Shown here: one piece after another, positions 1-8,697 of the stretch | Position numbering within the stretch: position 1 is the first letter of the stretch | How the letters are laid out: every line of letters begins with the position of its first letter | From: a virus | Lineage: Duplodnaviria > Caudoviricetes | DNA length: 52,420 bases | Reading direction: 5' to 3' (one strand) | IMG/VR virus record: IMGVR_UViG_3300000208_000002 | Location: 1-52,420 of that record | The notes under the pieces: model-generated | Told to the model about the DNA's origin: nothing | The model's input: only the letters and a program-made list of their open reading frames with translations | Database searches by the model: none | Made by a program: the position numbers and the translations under genes

Positions 1-13
1 GCTAAGAGGCATA

Positions 14-79
14 CGATATAGGCTATGCATGTGATATAGGCTTTGATATATAAGCTGTGCGATATAGGCTATGCATGTG
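14..79. repeat. Short direct-repeat cluster (20-bp repeat CGATATAGGCTATGCATGTG x2 plus partial GATATAGGCT copies)
   Basis: Identical 20-mers at 14-33 and 60-79; GATATAGGCT at 33-42; variant GATATATAAGCT at 45-56. Confidence 0.8.
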
Positions 80-586
80 TGAGAAAAGGTCCTACCCCGC
101 CCACCGCCGGCGGTTGAACCACACATATGTGTTTTGCATAGTTTCCGTCAAAACATGTGGAATAGCTAATCACGTCCATGTGCAAAGAACAGCAACATCG
201 CATCATGGGTGATAAACCATTATTGTGTAAGCAAAAAGGATGCTGAATAAACAAAGCGAACGAATAGACCATATACATGTATAGGGGGTGAGCATAAGCA
301 GATCAAGCATGCACATGGACGTCACTTATAGATCACTGATTAGGGATGATGAATCATCAGTGACATCCACCGAAGGTGGAATAGGGGAGTGGCATACACG
401 GAGAATAGGGGAAGCATAACAATGGTGGATGAACAACACAAATGGGATAGCCGAAGGCTTTGATGCCTACTTAGTCGGGAGCATGATCATTATGGATCAC
501 ACTCCCTCAAAATAGACATCACATATGGACATATATGCAACAAATAAATATAATTATAGGTGAAAGCTCAAGTGGAGGAAAAGCTT

Positions 587-3500
587 TCACCATTTTACAA
601 TGCGAGAGCCTGCGATGTTGACTACATAACGGCCGGAAGTGTAGACAGCATCCAGGCTCACTTTTGCTATTGTCGAACCTAAGAAGAAATTCTCTACAAT
701 GTTTTGGAATAATACTGCTACTGGATCATATTTACCGGTAGTTGGATTAAAGACGCATACATAATAGTTGTATACGCCTTTGTCATTTCTACGGCGTGTA
801 ATCACCACACCATGTTTCTTAGTGGCTGCGATCATTTGAGCCACTTGTTCTTTTGTTAGATGTGGTGCTACATATGCTTGCATAACAAATTTCTCTGCAA
901 GCACGGTTGGTTTATCATTAGCAGTAGTAGAAGCTTCTAAATCTACTGCTTTTTGAATAGCTTTGAGTACAAAGTCACCCATCACTTTCCATGCAAAAGA
1001 AAGTGAAGGTTTGCTTGTACGATTAGCGGAGTATGTTACTAGATAAGCAACATACCCGATTGTAATATCATCATATTTTTCGATGACATCAGAGGATTTC
1101 ACTGCATGAAGTGCTTCTTCCTCTAATGCATCGAATTGTTGTTTTCTTGCTTTCTCAATAGCTTCCATGCGTTGCTCAAATACATCATGTGGAAGCTCTG
1201 CTTTCAGTAAATCTTCTTTTTGTTGTTTGTAAGAGTCTAAGATTTCTTTCTTTTTGATGTTGTAATCCGTCATGATTGGTTTCAAGACGGATGTTAATTC
1301 TTCAACTACTTCTGGTTGAACAAAGCGGCCAAGTGGTGATAAGAAAGCAACTAGATTATATTTTTCGATTTCTTTTTGAATTTGTTTAAATTCAGCTTTA
1401 AATGTGGACCACCATTCCATCATATTGACGAAATGTTGATCCAATACGGACAAGACTTTAGGAAGCTTATGTTTGTGTTCTTCATACATAGCTTCCATTT
1501 CTTCTATGGTTTGAGCTTTACGCATTACACGGAACCATAAAGGACGTTTCCATTCACGACGACCAGTTTTCTTATTAGCTAGATAAGAGCAGAATTCAGG
1601 CAAGCGAGTTTTGTCTAACACGAATGCTAATTGATCAGCAAGATGGGATTCATAAGCACCACCGTGTTTTGCACGGTCGATTTCCCATCCTTGAGCATAA
1701 CGAATCCAATCGATTTTAGCTTGGAAATCTTGTGCAAGATGATAATAGAATTTGCGTTTTTCTGGATGTAATGGAGAACCATCTACATCCATGCCTTTAC
1801 GGATGCAATATACCAGCTGACGTTTCTTGTCAGCAAGCACAGTAGCTGCATCCGTTAAATAACCGATTTTGTTTTGTTGCAGGGTGCGAATCACCCACTT
1901 TTTCTCTATTTCATGAATGCGTTCGATGAGTTCATCATTGTATTCTTCCGGTTTAAATTTGATGACAAACTCATCACCGCCAGCACCTGGCCATGGACAA
2001 CCATCTTCGAATACATACTTGCTGTTCTCATCAACAGTGAAGTAGCGGTCTAAAATAGCTGGTTTGTCCATGTTATGAACCGATTCAACAATGATCGGTT
2101 CAAATACTACGAATGAAGTATCGCCATCAGTGTCAGCTCCACCTTGACGCACTAATGTAAAGTCATGGCAGCTGACAATGACTACGTTAGAATAGAATCC
2201 TTCTTTCAAAGCGGCCGCATAATAATCATCATGTACAGCTTCTACGGCAGCCGCTTCACCTTGAGTAACAGCCGGATTGCGAAGTAATGCTACTTTGCCT
2301 TCGTAGCATACTTCATGGTTAAATTCTTCATTGTGTACCGCTACAACTACTTGACCTGGACGCAAACCAACGTGTTCAGGAACAATAATGTCCCCATCTT
2401 CATCACGTTGATTTGCTCTCAATGCTTCCAAGATTGCTTTCGGATCTTGGATTAAATATTTATAGTGACCTTCCACTGGAATTTGACCAGTCATCCAGCG
2501 GCGAATCATAATGCTGATGAAACGGAATGCAAGTCCTTTGATATAGGCATCATTGTAAGCAATGCCTTTGGAATAGAACAATGCTTTTGTAAGAGTCGTT
2601 GTGAGTGCTTTATCAAGATATTCTTGTGTTTCTGTTTCATCCATATCGGCAATATCATCATCGATGTTAGCCATACCAATATATTTCTTAATAAGATCTG
2701 CATCATGAAGCATTTGTTTAACTAAGTCTAAATGTTTCTTAACAATGTTCCACAGATCTTCCGCAGACAAGTTGAGAATGTGTATGAATTGATAAGGGAA
2801 CATTGTGTATTGTTTCATTGTTTTAGCAACTGGATTAATACGAGCAACCCGGATTTCTAGTGAATGGCCAGCTTTCAAGAACTCTTCAAGATTACCTTTG
2901 ATAGAAGACTTGAATACTATGAAATCTTCTTCATAGTATTTATGCAAGTCTGGCACTGCAACAAACATACCTTTGATGATGTTTCCAGTACGATGTTGGA
3001 AAGTAGCACCGAATTTACCGGTTTCTTGATCAATAATATGTGCCACTCTTGGTGATACGAAGCAAGTACCGTCACCCACGATCAATTTTTGTGGATGCTT
3101 AGAAGCGTCTAATTCAACTAATTTCTTGTTTTCTTTGTCTACAGCAACAAATTTGCCATCTTTAACATAAGCATATACGTCATCTACCACACGGAGTTTA
3201 AATGGTGTACGACCATAAACAATCATGTCTCCATTAGCTTCTTTACGAATTTTGTTTCCGAATAAGAAGCTAAAGAGAGGGAATGTGTTGGTTGCAGACA
3301 AACCTTTACGTTTGTCTGGTTTAGTTACGTCAAGCACATATACGCCATCTTTCAATTTAGCATATACGATTGGTTCTACACCAAGTTTTCTCAAGAAAGA
3401 AGCAATCGTATAACGGCCATCATTCAAAATAAACATAGCTTTCAAAGTACGAGCTTGAGCATTAGAACGTAATGCATAAACAAAGTGTTTTTCTACACCA

Positions 3501-4084
3501 TTTTCTTTGATGTAAAGACCTTTCTCAAAGAGTTGTTTGAGAAATTCTTCGTTTTCTTCATTGTTTTCTGGTAAGTCTACCACCATAATTTTAGTAGAAA
3601 CATTCAGTGATAAACCTTCTACAGAATAAGTTTCCAAACCTGTTTCTTCTAATAAGTCAGACACAGATGTACGCATATAACCAGATCCAACCGAATAATC
3701 AGTCATGTCTTTGAAATTTTCAGTTGCAATGAACTTTCCATCTTCAAATGTCAATTTGCGTGCATCTACTTTGCGTACAACTACTTGTGCCTTTTTAGCA
3801 GGACGGAATTTTCTTGGCACATAATATTGATTTAAAAAGCTATCCACAACAACAGAAAGCTTGCCATTGCGTTCTTTCACGATGCGTAAAGCATTACGAG
3901 CAGAACGGCCTTTCTTCACAATGCGGAGAGTTTCCTCCGCTAGAACTGGATCAAAGCTGTTTAATGCTTTGATAAATTGGCCCATCGTTTTGATGAATTC
4001 TCTCTCCATAGCACGTTTTTGTTGACGAGTCATTTTTACATCAGCTCCTTTCTCATTGTTGTTGTTCATTGCAATATTGCCCAC
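587..4084 (-). CDS. YonO-like single-subunit two-barrel RNA polymerase (cellular RdRP-like fold)
   Basis: 1165 aa. Catalytic GGADTDGD (DxDGD) preceded by LRNP. Also GDGTCFVS, FQHRTGNIIKG and IDRAKHG, matching the DG..IS, QxR...KG and D..KxG motifs of the QDE-1/YonO family. RBS AAGGGGG before the GTG start. Confidence 0.85.
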   Translation of the reverse strand: MGNIAMNNNNEKGADVKMTRQQKRAMEREFIKTMGQFIKALNSFDPVLAEETLRIVKKGRSARNALRIVKERNGKLSVVVDSFLNQYYVPRKFRPAKKAQVVVRKVDARKLTFEDGKFIATENFKDMTDYSVGSGYMRTSVSDLLEETGLETYSVEGLSLNVSTKIMVVDLPENNEENEEFLKQLFEKGLYIKENGVEKHFVYALRSNAQARTLKAMFILNDGRYTIASFLRKLGVEPIVYAKLKDGVYVLDVTKPDKRKGLSATNTFPLFSFLFGNKIRKEANGDMIVYGRTPFKLRVVDDVYAYVKDGKFVAVDKENKKLVELDASKHPQKLIVGDGTCFVSPRVAHIIDQETGKFGATFQHRTGNIIKGMFVAVPDLHKYYEEDFIVFKSSIKGNLEEFLKAGHSLEIRVARINPVAKTMKQYTMFPYQFIHILNLSAEDLWNIVKKHLDLVKQMLHDADLIKKYIGMANIDDDIADMDETETQEYLDKALTTTLTKALFYSKGIAYNDAYIKGLAFRFISIMIRRWMTGQIPVEGHYKYLIQDPKAILEALRANQRDEDGDIIVPEHVGLRPGQVVVAVHNEEFNHEVCYEGKVALLRNPAVTQGEAAAVEAVHDDYYAAALKEGFYSNVVIVSCHDFTLVRQGGADTDGDTSFVVFEPIIVESVHNMDKPAILDRYFTVDENSKYVFEDGCPWPGAGGDEFVIKFKPEEYNDELIERIHEIEKKWVIRTLQQNKIGYLTDAATVLADKKRQLVYCIRKGMDVDGSPLHPEKRKFYYHLAQDFQAKIDWIRYAQGWEIDRAKHGGAYESHLADQLAFVLDKTRLPEFCSYLANKKTGRREWKRPLWFRVMRKAQTIEEMEAMYEEHKHKLPKVLSVLDQHFVNMMEWWSTFKAEFKQIQKEIEKYNLVAFLSPLGRFVQPEVVEELTSVLKPIMTDYNIKKKEILDSYKQQKEDLLKAELPHDVFEQRMEAIEKARKQQFDALEEEALHAVKSSDVIEKYDDITIGYVAYLVTYSANRTSKPSLSFAWKVMGDFVLKAIQKAVDLEASTTANDKPTVLAEKFVMQAYVAPHLTKEQVAQMIAATKKHGVVITRRRNDKGVYNYYVCVFNPTTGKYDPVAVLFQNIVENFFLGSTIAKVSLDAVYTSGRYVVNIAGSRIVKW

Positions 4085-4218
4085 ACAAATACCCCCTTAT
4101 TTGTTCATCTTATTGTTAGAGCCATAAATCATCCCACCCAACCCTCCGCTTGTTTCGGTCCGCCGGTAACAACAATGACCAGAGCACAAGCCAACTCTAT
4201 CCGCATTGAATACACTAA

Positions 4219-4404
4219 TTAGTTTTGGTAAATGAACTTTTTAGTCCCAAAGAAAGACCGAACGTAAACAATACCACAATCAACGGTATCTTCAATACCA
4301 AATTCTGCGATATTCATATTCAGCCATTCTTCACAAAAGTCTTCAGGGAAAATATAGTTTTGAAGTGGAGCTTCTTGTTCTAGCAGTTCTCTTAACGTAA
4401 GCAT
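4219..4404 (-). CDS. Small hypothetical protein (~61 aa)
   Basis: Strong RBS AAAGGAGG precedes ATG at 4404 (MLTLRELL...), shorter than the ORF-track call. Confidence 0.65.
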   Translation of the reverse strand: MLTLRELLEQEAPLQNYIFPEDFCEEWLNMNIAEFGIEDTVDCGIVYVRSFFGTKKFIYQN

Positions 4405-4463
4405 ATAAATTAACCTCCTTTTCTTTTGCTTTTTGATTCTGTATAATAAAACCACAAGCATGC

Positions 4464-4868
4464 TTACACATGCTTGCGGTAGAGGGCAAGGATCTGATCG
4501 AAGAACTCTTTGTCGCATTCGGCTTCGATCAGATCCACTAAGTCATAAGGATCAGGGCCAATAAATGATTCAAAATACATGACTAGAACTGGTTCCTTAA
4601 AATCAAGTCTCCTATTGCCATACCGGAGCTGCACATGAATCGTGCAACCCGGAATGACAAAGGAGTCAAGATATTTGACTTTGTTTTTAACAGGCTTCAT
4701 CGTGACATCCACACGAATGCCACAAATAAAAAAGTCAGTACCTTCTTTTTGGTCCTGACTTTCATTGGCTCTAGTATATTCTTTGCCATACAAACATTTC
4801 AGCAAATACCCCATACCATCCTCGAATGCTTTTCCAATAGGGGATTTGCCATACAAATCAATTCTCAT
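4464..4868 (-). CDS. Hypothetical protein, possibly PD-(D/E)xK-like fold
   Basis: 134 aa, translationally coupled to the upstream ORF. GTDF...VDVTMK loosely resembles a PD-(D/E)xK motif. Confidence 0.55.
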   Translation of the reverse strand: MRIDLYGKSPIGKAFEDGMGYLLKCLYGKEYTRANESQDQKEGTDFFICGIRVDVTMKPVKNKVKYLDSFVIPGCTIHVQLRYGNRRLDFKEPVLVMYFESFIGPDPYDLVDLIEAECDKEFFDQILALYRKHV

Positions 4869-5041
4869 TATTTCACCCCCGTAAATTCAATGAGAAGTTG
4901 TTCTTGTCCATTTTTAACAGCATAGATGCGATAAATTTTACGGCCACGATCATCGTAGCCGCAGAATATAGAATATACATATCCCTTTTCCTCGCAATAA
5001 CCCAAATACTCGCCATTAGTAACAATGTGTTTAACAGACAT
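4868..5041 (-). CDS. Small hypothetical protein (~57 aa)
   Basis: RBS AAGGAGGTG precedes ATG at 5041 (MSVKHIVT...). Confidence 0.65.
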   Translation of the reverse strand: MSVKHIVTNGEYLGYCEEKGYVYSIFCGYDDRGRKIYRIYAVKNGQEQLLIEFTGVK

Positions 5042-5247
5042 CGTGTTCACCTCCTTGTTGTGATATGACCCCACCCCGCCCCCTACACCAACCTTGCGTG
5101 CCTCCAACCATAACGGTGCAGGGGAAGTGAGAAAAGCCGCACTGAAAGATTGGATCAACCAAGCTATCGATCCTAATCCATCAATCACCTCCTAAAAAGC
5201 AGAATAAAAATGTAACGCATTACATTGGCATAAAAGACTTTCATCTT

Positions 5248-5351
5248 ATACACCAAAACCCTAATATGGCAGGCAACCCATATTCAGTTTTGGAGTATAT
5301 AGGGGGATAAGAGGGGTATTAGGGGAGAAAAGGGGGAGTTTTGGTGTATAT
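5248..5351. repeat. Three GTTTTGGWGTATA repeats (one inverted); the two direct copies flank four phased G-tracts
   Basis: TATACACCAAAAC at ~5248-5260; AGTTTTGGAGTATAT at ~5286-5300; AGTTTTGGTGTATAT at 5337-5351; G-runs at 5302, 5313, 5322, 5332. Confidence 0.7.
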
Positions 5352-5710
5352 CAGGTCTTTTATGTTGTCCATGTTTGTTTAATCCCTCCATGGACAAAGG
5401 GAGCTGCGAATCCTGGTACGTCTTGTACGACCATGCTGAGTGGCATCTCTTTTGAAGCATGGAAGACCTATGTTTACGAGACTAAACGGCATTGCTTGCT
5501 ACCTGTTGACGTACAAGTGGCACATAGGTGAAGCCAATACGGGTCATGCTTACGTGTGCTTCTTATGACCATCCAAAGCACACGACTACCCAACCCTGCA
5601 TACTTGCCATAGTAGGTTGTGTAGTCTGTCCACCTATGGCAAGGGCTTGCTCATCGATGGCTTCATCACATCGTCATCATGCTCCACCATCCATAGCTCA
5701 CCGGTTCCTC

Positions 5711-6244
5711 TTATGCCAAGAGGAAGACAAGGCTATATGCCCAAATGTTCATAGCTAGTTTGAAAAGCAACGGAATCGTGAAGATAACCGTTTGAACACC
5801 AACAATGGCATAGCACCATGCAATGAAAGTTTCAGAAATGAAATTGACAGCATTGAATTCGTAGTGTTTATTTTCGATTTCTGCTTTGATGACAGCTTTG
5901 ATTTCTTTTACCGCACTGATCGTCAATGCCGCAGCAATAGTAGCAGAAATAAATCCAGGCATGACAACACCCCAAGCAGTGACAACAGCAGTACCAATTG
6001 CAGTGTTTTTGAAGAAAGATTTTGCGCCATCTTTGATTCCTTGATAAATCGGATTCGATTTAATGTCTTCGAAATTCGATTTGATGTCTTCCATTTTGGC
6101 TTTTACTTTGTTGACAGCTTCTACGATGAATTCTTTGATTTTGGCCCATGCTTCTTTGGCCTTTTGGATGATGGATGAGTCTTTGATTACTTCGAACACT
6201 CCTTCCTTGTTTTGTTTTGTTTCCAGCACGATGTTGTTGCTCAT
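5711..6244 (-). CDS. Hypothetical membrane protein (~177 aa)
   Basis: RBS AAAGGAGG before ATG 6244 (MSNNIV...). Amphipathic N-half, hydrophobic helices in the C-half. Confidence 0.7.
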   Translation of the reverse strand: MSNNIVLETKQNKEGVFEVIKDSSIIQKAKEAWAKIKEFIVEAVNKVKAKMEDIKSNFEDIKSNPIYQGIKDGAKSFFKNTAIGTAVVTAWGVVMPGFISATIAAALTISAVKEIKAVIKAEIENKHYEFNAVNFISETFIAWCYAIVGVQTVIFTIPLLFKLAMNIWAYSLVFLLA

Positions 6245-6384
6245 GACAATTCCTCCTTTTGGTTTTGTTGTGGCAGGGGGTGGGGCGCCGAACGCCGCCA
6301 CCAAAAGTCCTCATAAAAGGTACTACCCCTCGCAAATTTTTTATAAAATTTTCCCCTATATAGGGCGTTTCCCCAGGTTTGATA

Positions 6385-6393
6385 TGCTATAAT
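6385..6393 (+). promoter_or_regulatory. SigmaA-type extended -10 promoter
   Basis: TGCTATAAT upstream of the first plus-strand ORF. Confidence 0.6.
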
Positions 6394-6428
6394 AAAGTCG
6401 TGTAACACAATACAAAACGGGGGATTGG

Positions 6429-6647
6429 ATGATGGAAAAACAAACGATGTTTGCCAATGAGTTGTCGCAGCTATTGGAGCAAAAATATAAAGAGTTAAAA
6501 GAGATTGAAAAAGCATTAGTAGAGAAGCAAAAAGAGATTCGAGAATTGAAGAAAAAATGCACTCATTCGTATACTCCATGGCGTGTAAGAGCAGTGGACG
6601 TAGAAACCGGAGTGTGTCGTATTTGTAAGCAAAAAGTAGAGTGGTGA
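6429..6647 (+). CDS. Small coiled-coil protein with C-terminal Cys/His zinc-ribbon-like motif
   Basis: 72 aa; CTH...CRIC; RBS GGGGGA. Confidence 0.65.
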   Translation: MMEKQTMFANELSQLLEQKYKELKEIEKALVEKQKEIRELKKKCTHSYTPWRVRAVDVETGVCRICKQKVEW

Positions 6648-6705
6648 TATAGAAGTGGAATTAGTAGAGGCATATTGAAAATATGATGAATGAGAGTGAT
6701 CGTTA

Positions 6706-6927
6706 ATGGAATTGATTCAAGCTTATTTAGATAAAAAATTACAAGGAATGTATGTGTTGAAAGTAAAAGATTGTGACGAAAAAGTAATAAACGAATTTTT
6801 AGAGCAATGGAAAAATACTCCATTGACTGTGCTTCCTGATCAAGCAGAAATAGAGATTATCAATCCATGTTTAGGTCCGATATGGCAATGTGAATACTCA
6901 ACGAAAATCAGGAGATATGACAGATAG
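6706..6927 (+). CDS. Hypothetical protein
   Basis: 73 aa ORF in operon context, plausible RBS. Confidence 0.5.
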   Translation: MELIQAYLDKKLQGMYVLKVKDCDEKVINEFLEQWKNTPLTVLPDQAEIEIINPCLGPIWQCEYSTKIRRYDR

Positions 6928-6940
6928 AGGAGAGGGAAGG

Positions 6941-7528
6941 ATGGAGTTAATTGAGTATTATGTCCAAAATGTTTTACCTCATGTAGAAAGACAAAGAATA
7001 TTGAATTATTTGCGGCCAGAATATCGTTCGATTTCGGATAAATGGAAAGAATTTCATGAATCCCAAGCTTCTAGTGTTCTATGCATAGGGGGAAGACAAG
7101 TAGGGAAAACACATAATCTCTTATTAAGAGCGATTCTTCAAAATGATTTGAATGCAATTATAATAAGTCATATACCAAGAGATTTGTTATTACATTTTTT
7201 GAGTATGTTGGATAGTTCGATTCAAATTAATTATGTGAAAGAAGAAGAACATTGGGTTGCATTACGATTATTTGGGCGCGTGTTTCATTTTATACATCCG
7301 AGAAGAATTAGACGAGGAATGCGATTTGATCCTTGTGCAGTGTATTATGATGAACCAGAATTGTATGATAATGAATTATCCAATATTCGTTACATTTTGG
7401 CTCCTTTTTGTAGGCAAGAGATTGCAGTAGGATCTATTTGTAAGCCGGAATCGACATATTTTAAAAAATGGTATGAAGAAGCAGAAAAGAAAATAAGAAT
7501 ATATTATGAGATAGAATTGAGGAACTAA
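6941..7528 (+). CDS. Stand-alone terminase-like P-loop ATPase domain protein (no nuclease domain)
   Basis: Walker A GGRQVGKT, RGMRF, Walker B VYYDE, motif-III-like VGS. About 195 aa from ATG 6941 with RBS GGAGAGGGAAGG. Confidence 0.7.
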   Translation: MELIEYYVQNVLPHVERQRILNYLRPEYRSISDKWKEFHESQASSVLCIGGRQVGKTHNLLLRAILQNDLNAIIISHIPRDLLLHFLSMLDSSIQINYVKEEEHWVALRLFGRVFHFIHPRRIRRGMRFDPCAVYYDEPELYDNELSNIRYILAPFCRQEIAVGSICKPESTYFKKWYEEAEKKIRIYYEIELRN

Positions 7529-7554
7529 AAAATTAAAAAAATAAGTAAAAAGTA

Positions 7555-7582
7555 TTGCAATGTGATACAAAATATGTATAAT
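7555..7582 (+). promoter_or_regulatory. SigmaA-like promoter of the tRNA cluster
   Basis: TTGCAA-16-TATAAT with an A-rich UP-like element upstream. Confidence 0.6.
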
Positions 7583-7774
7583 AATAATCAGAAAGAACCA
7601 ACGGCCTCCTTCCATCAGGTGTTTGTGATGGTCTCCTAAATTGTGCTTCGAGTTCAGAGAATTTACAACTATGGTGTCTTTATCCATAGTTTCACCACCT
7701 CCTTAACACAACAACCATTTATTGATATGAGGTTAAATAATCTGGCTCCTCTCCATTTAACCTCATATCAACAT

Positions 7775-7849
7775 TCCGCAGTAGCTCAGTGGTAGAGCGC
7801 TCGGCTGTTAACCGAGTGGTCGTAGGTTCGAATCCTACCTGCGGAGCCA
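7775..7849 (+). tRNA. tRNA-Asn(GTT)
   Basis: Full cloverleaf, anticodon GTT, encoded CCA. Confidence 0.95.
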
Positions 7850-7854
7850 TTTAC

Positions 7855-7945
7855 GGAGAACTGTTCGAGTGGTCGAAGGAGCACGATTGGAAATCGTGTG
7901 GGCGTGAATAGTGTCTCAAGGGTTCGAATCCCTTGCTCTCCGCCA
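7855..7945 (+). tRNA. tRNA-Ser(GGA)
   Basis: Long variable arm, anticodon GGA, CCA; one A-C mismatch in the acceptor stem. Confidence 0.85.
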
Positions 7946-7959
7946 TGATCCATCAGCAT

Positions 7960-8034
7960 GGCCCGTTGGTCAAGTGGTTGAGACACTTCCCTTTCACGGC
8001 GGTAACACGGGTTCGAGTCCCGTCTTCCGCTCCA
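7960..8034 (+). pseudogene. Chimeric tRNA: Glu(TTC) 5' part fused to a Gly(GCC)-type 3' end
   Basis: 5' GGCCCGT cannot pair with 3' CTTCCGC. The 3' end CCCGTCTTCCGCTCCA is as recalled for Bacillus tRNA-Gly(GCC). Mismatch in the anticodon stem. Confidence 0.8.
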
Positions 8035-8043
8035 ATATGCCAT

Positions 8044-8129
8044 GCCGGGGTGGCGGAATTGGCAGACGCACAGGACTTAAAATCCTGCGGTAGGTGACTA
8101 CCGTGCCGGTTCGAGTCCGGCCCTCGGCA
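8044..8129 (+). tRNA. tRNA-Leu(TAA)
   Basis: Cloverleaf with long variable arm, anticodon TAA; CCA not encoded. Confidence 0.92.
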
Positions 8130-8137
8130 CTTTATAT

Positions 8138-8214
8138 GCGCCCGTAGCTCAATTGGATAGAGCATCTGATTACGGATCAGAAGGTTAGGGATTCGAATTC
8201 TCTTGGGTGCGCCA
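8138..8214 (+). tRNA. tRNA-Arg(ACG)
   Basis: Cloverleaf, anticodon ACG, CCA. T-stem closing pair is A-T instead of the usual G53-C61. Confidence 0.85.
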
Positions 8215-8218
8215 TGAT

Positions 8219-8295
8219 CGGGAAGTAGCTCAGCTTGGCAGAGCACATGATTTGGGATCATGGGGTCGCAGGTTCAAATCCTGTCTTCCCGACCA
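8219..8295 (+). tRNA. tRNA-Pro(TGG)
   Basis: Cloverleaf, anticodon TGG, CCA. Confidence 0.95.
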
Positions 8296-8303
8296 CTTTC
8301 AAG

Positions 8304-8380
8304 GGACCTTTAGCTCAGCTGGTTAGAGCAGACGGCTCATAACCGTCCGGTCGTAGGTTCGAGTCCTACAAGGTCCACCA
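8304..8380 (+). tRNA. tRNA-Ile2(CAT) (lysidine type; Met-like anticodon)
   Basis: Cloverleaf, anticodon CAT. GGACCTT acceptor typical of Bacillus Ile2; CCA. Confidence 0.88.
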
Positions 8381-8400
8381 TTATTATTGTTGCTTTTTTT

Positions 8401-8491
8401 GGAGGAGTACCCAAGTGGTTGAAGGGGGCGGTCTTGAAAACCGAGAGGCGTCGAAAGGCGTGCGGGGGTTCGAATCCCTCCTCCTCCGCCA
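8401..8491 (+). tRNA. tRNA-Ser(TGA)
   Basis: Cloverleaf, long variable arm, anticodon TGA, CCA. Confidence 0.93.
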
Positions 8492-8519
8492 TATACAGTT
8501 TCATATCGCTTTATATTAT

Positions 8520-8595
8520 GCCGGCTTAGCTCAATTGGCAGAGCAACTGATTTGTAATCAGTAGGTTGCGGGTTCAAGTCCTGCAGCCGGCACCA
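8520..8595 (+). tRNA. tRNA-Thr(TGT)
   Basis: Cloverleaf, anticodon TGT, CCA. Confidence 0.95.
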
Positions 8596-8601
8596 GAACG
8601 A

Positions 8602-8675
8602 GGCGACTATGGCGAAGTGGTTAGCGCACCAGATTGTGGCTCTGTCATGCATGAGTTCGATTCCCACTAGTCATC
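8602..8675 (+). pseudogene. Degenerate tRNA-His(GTG)
   Basis: His-like D arm and anticodon loop, but mismatches in the acceptor, anticodon and T stems; no CCA. Confidence 0.75.
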
Positions 8676-8697
8676 CTTTTCATTATATTCTATATTT

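Noticed and set aside
14-79. CRISPR-like array
   Set aside because: Only two full 20-bp repeats, the intervening sequence is itself repeat-derived, and no cas genes are present.
6334-6365. Palindromes AAATTTT-TTAT-AAAATTT and CCCTATATAGGG at the strand-switch point as a protelomerase site
   Set aside because: Only 12 bp perfect symmetry and no protelomerase in the window; too short to support.
7376-7687. 103-aa minus-strand ORF with a perfect RBS (AAGGAGGTGG)
   Set aside because: Runs antisense through the tRNA promoter, its A-tract and the 3' end of the ATPase ORF. The hydrophobic stretch is just the complement of A-rich DNA. Kept only as an alternative explanation for the anti-SD motif.
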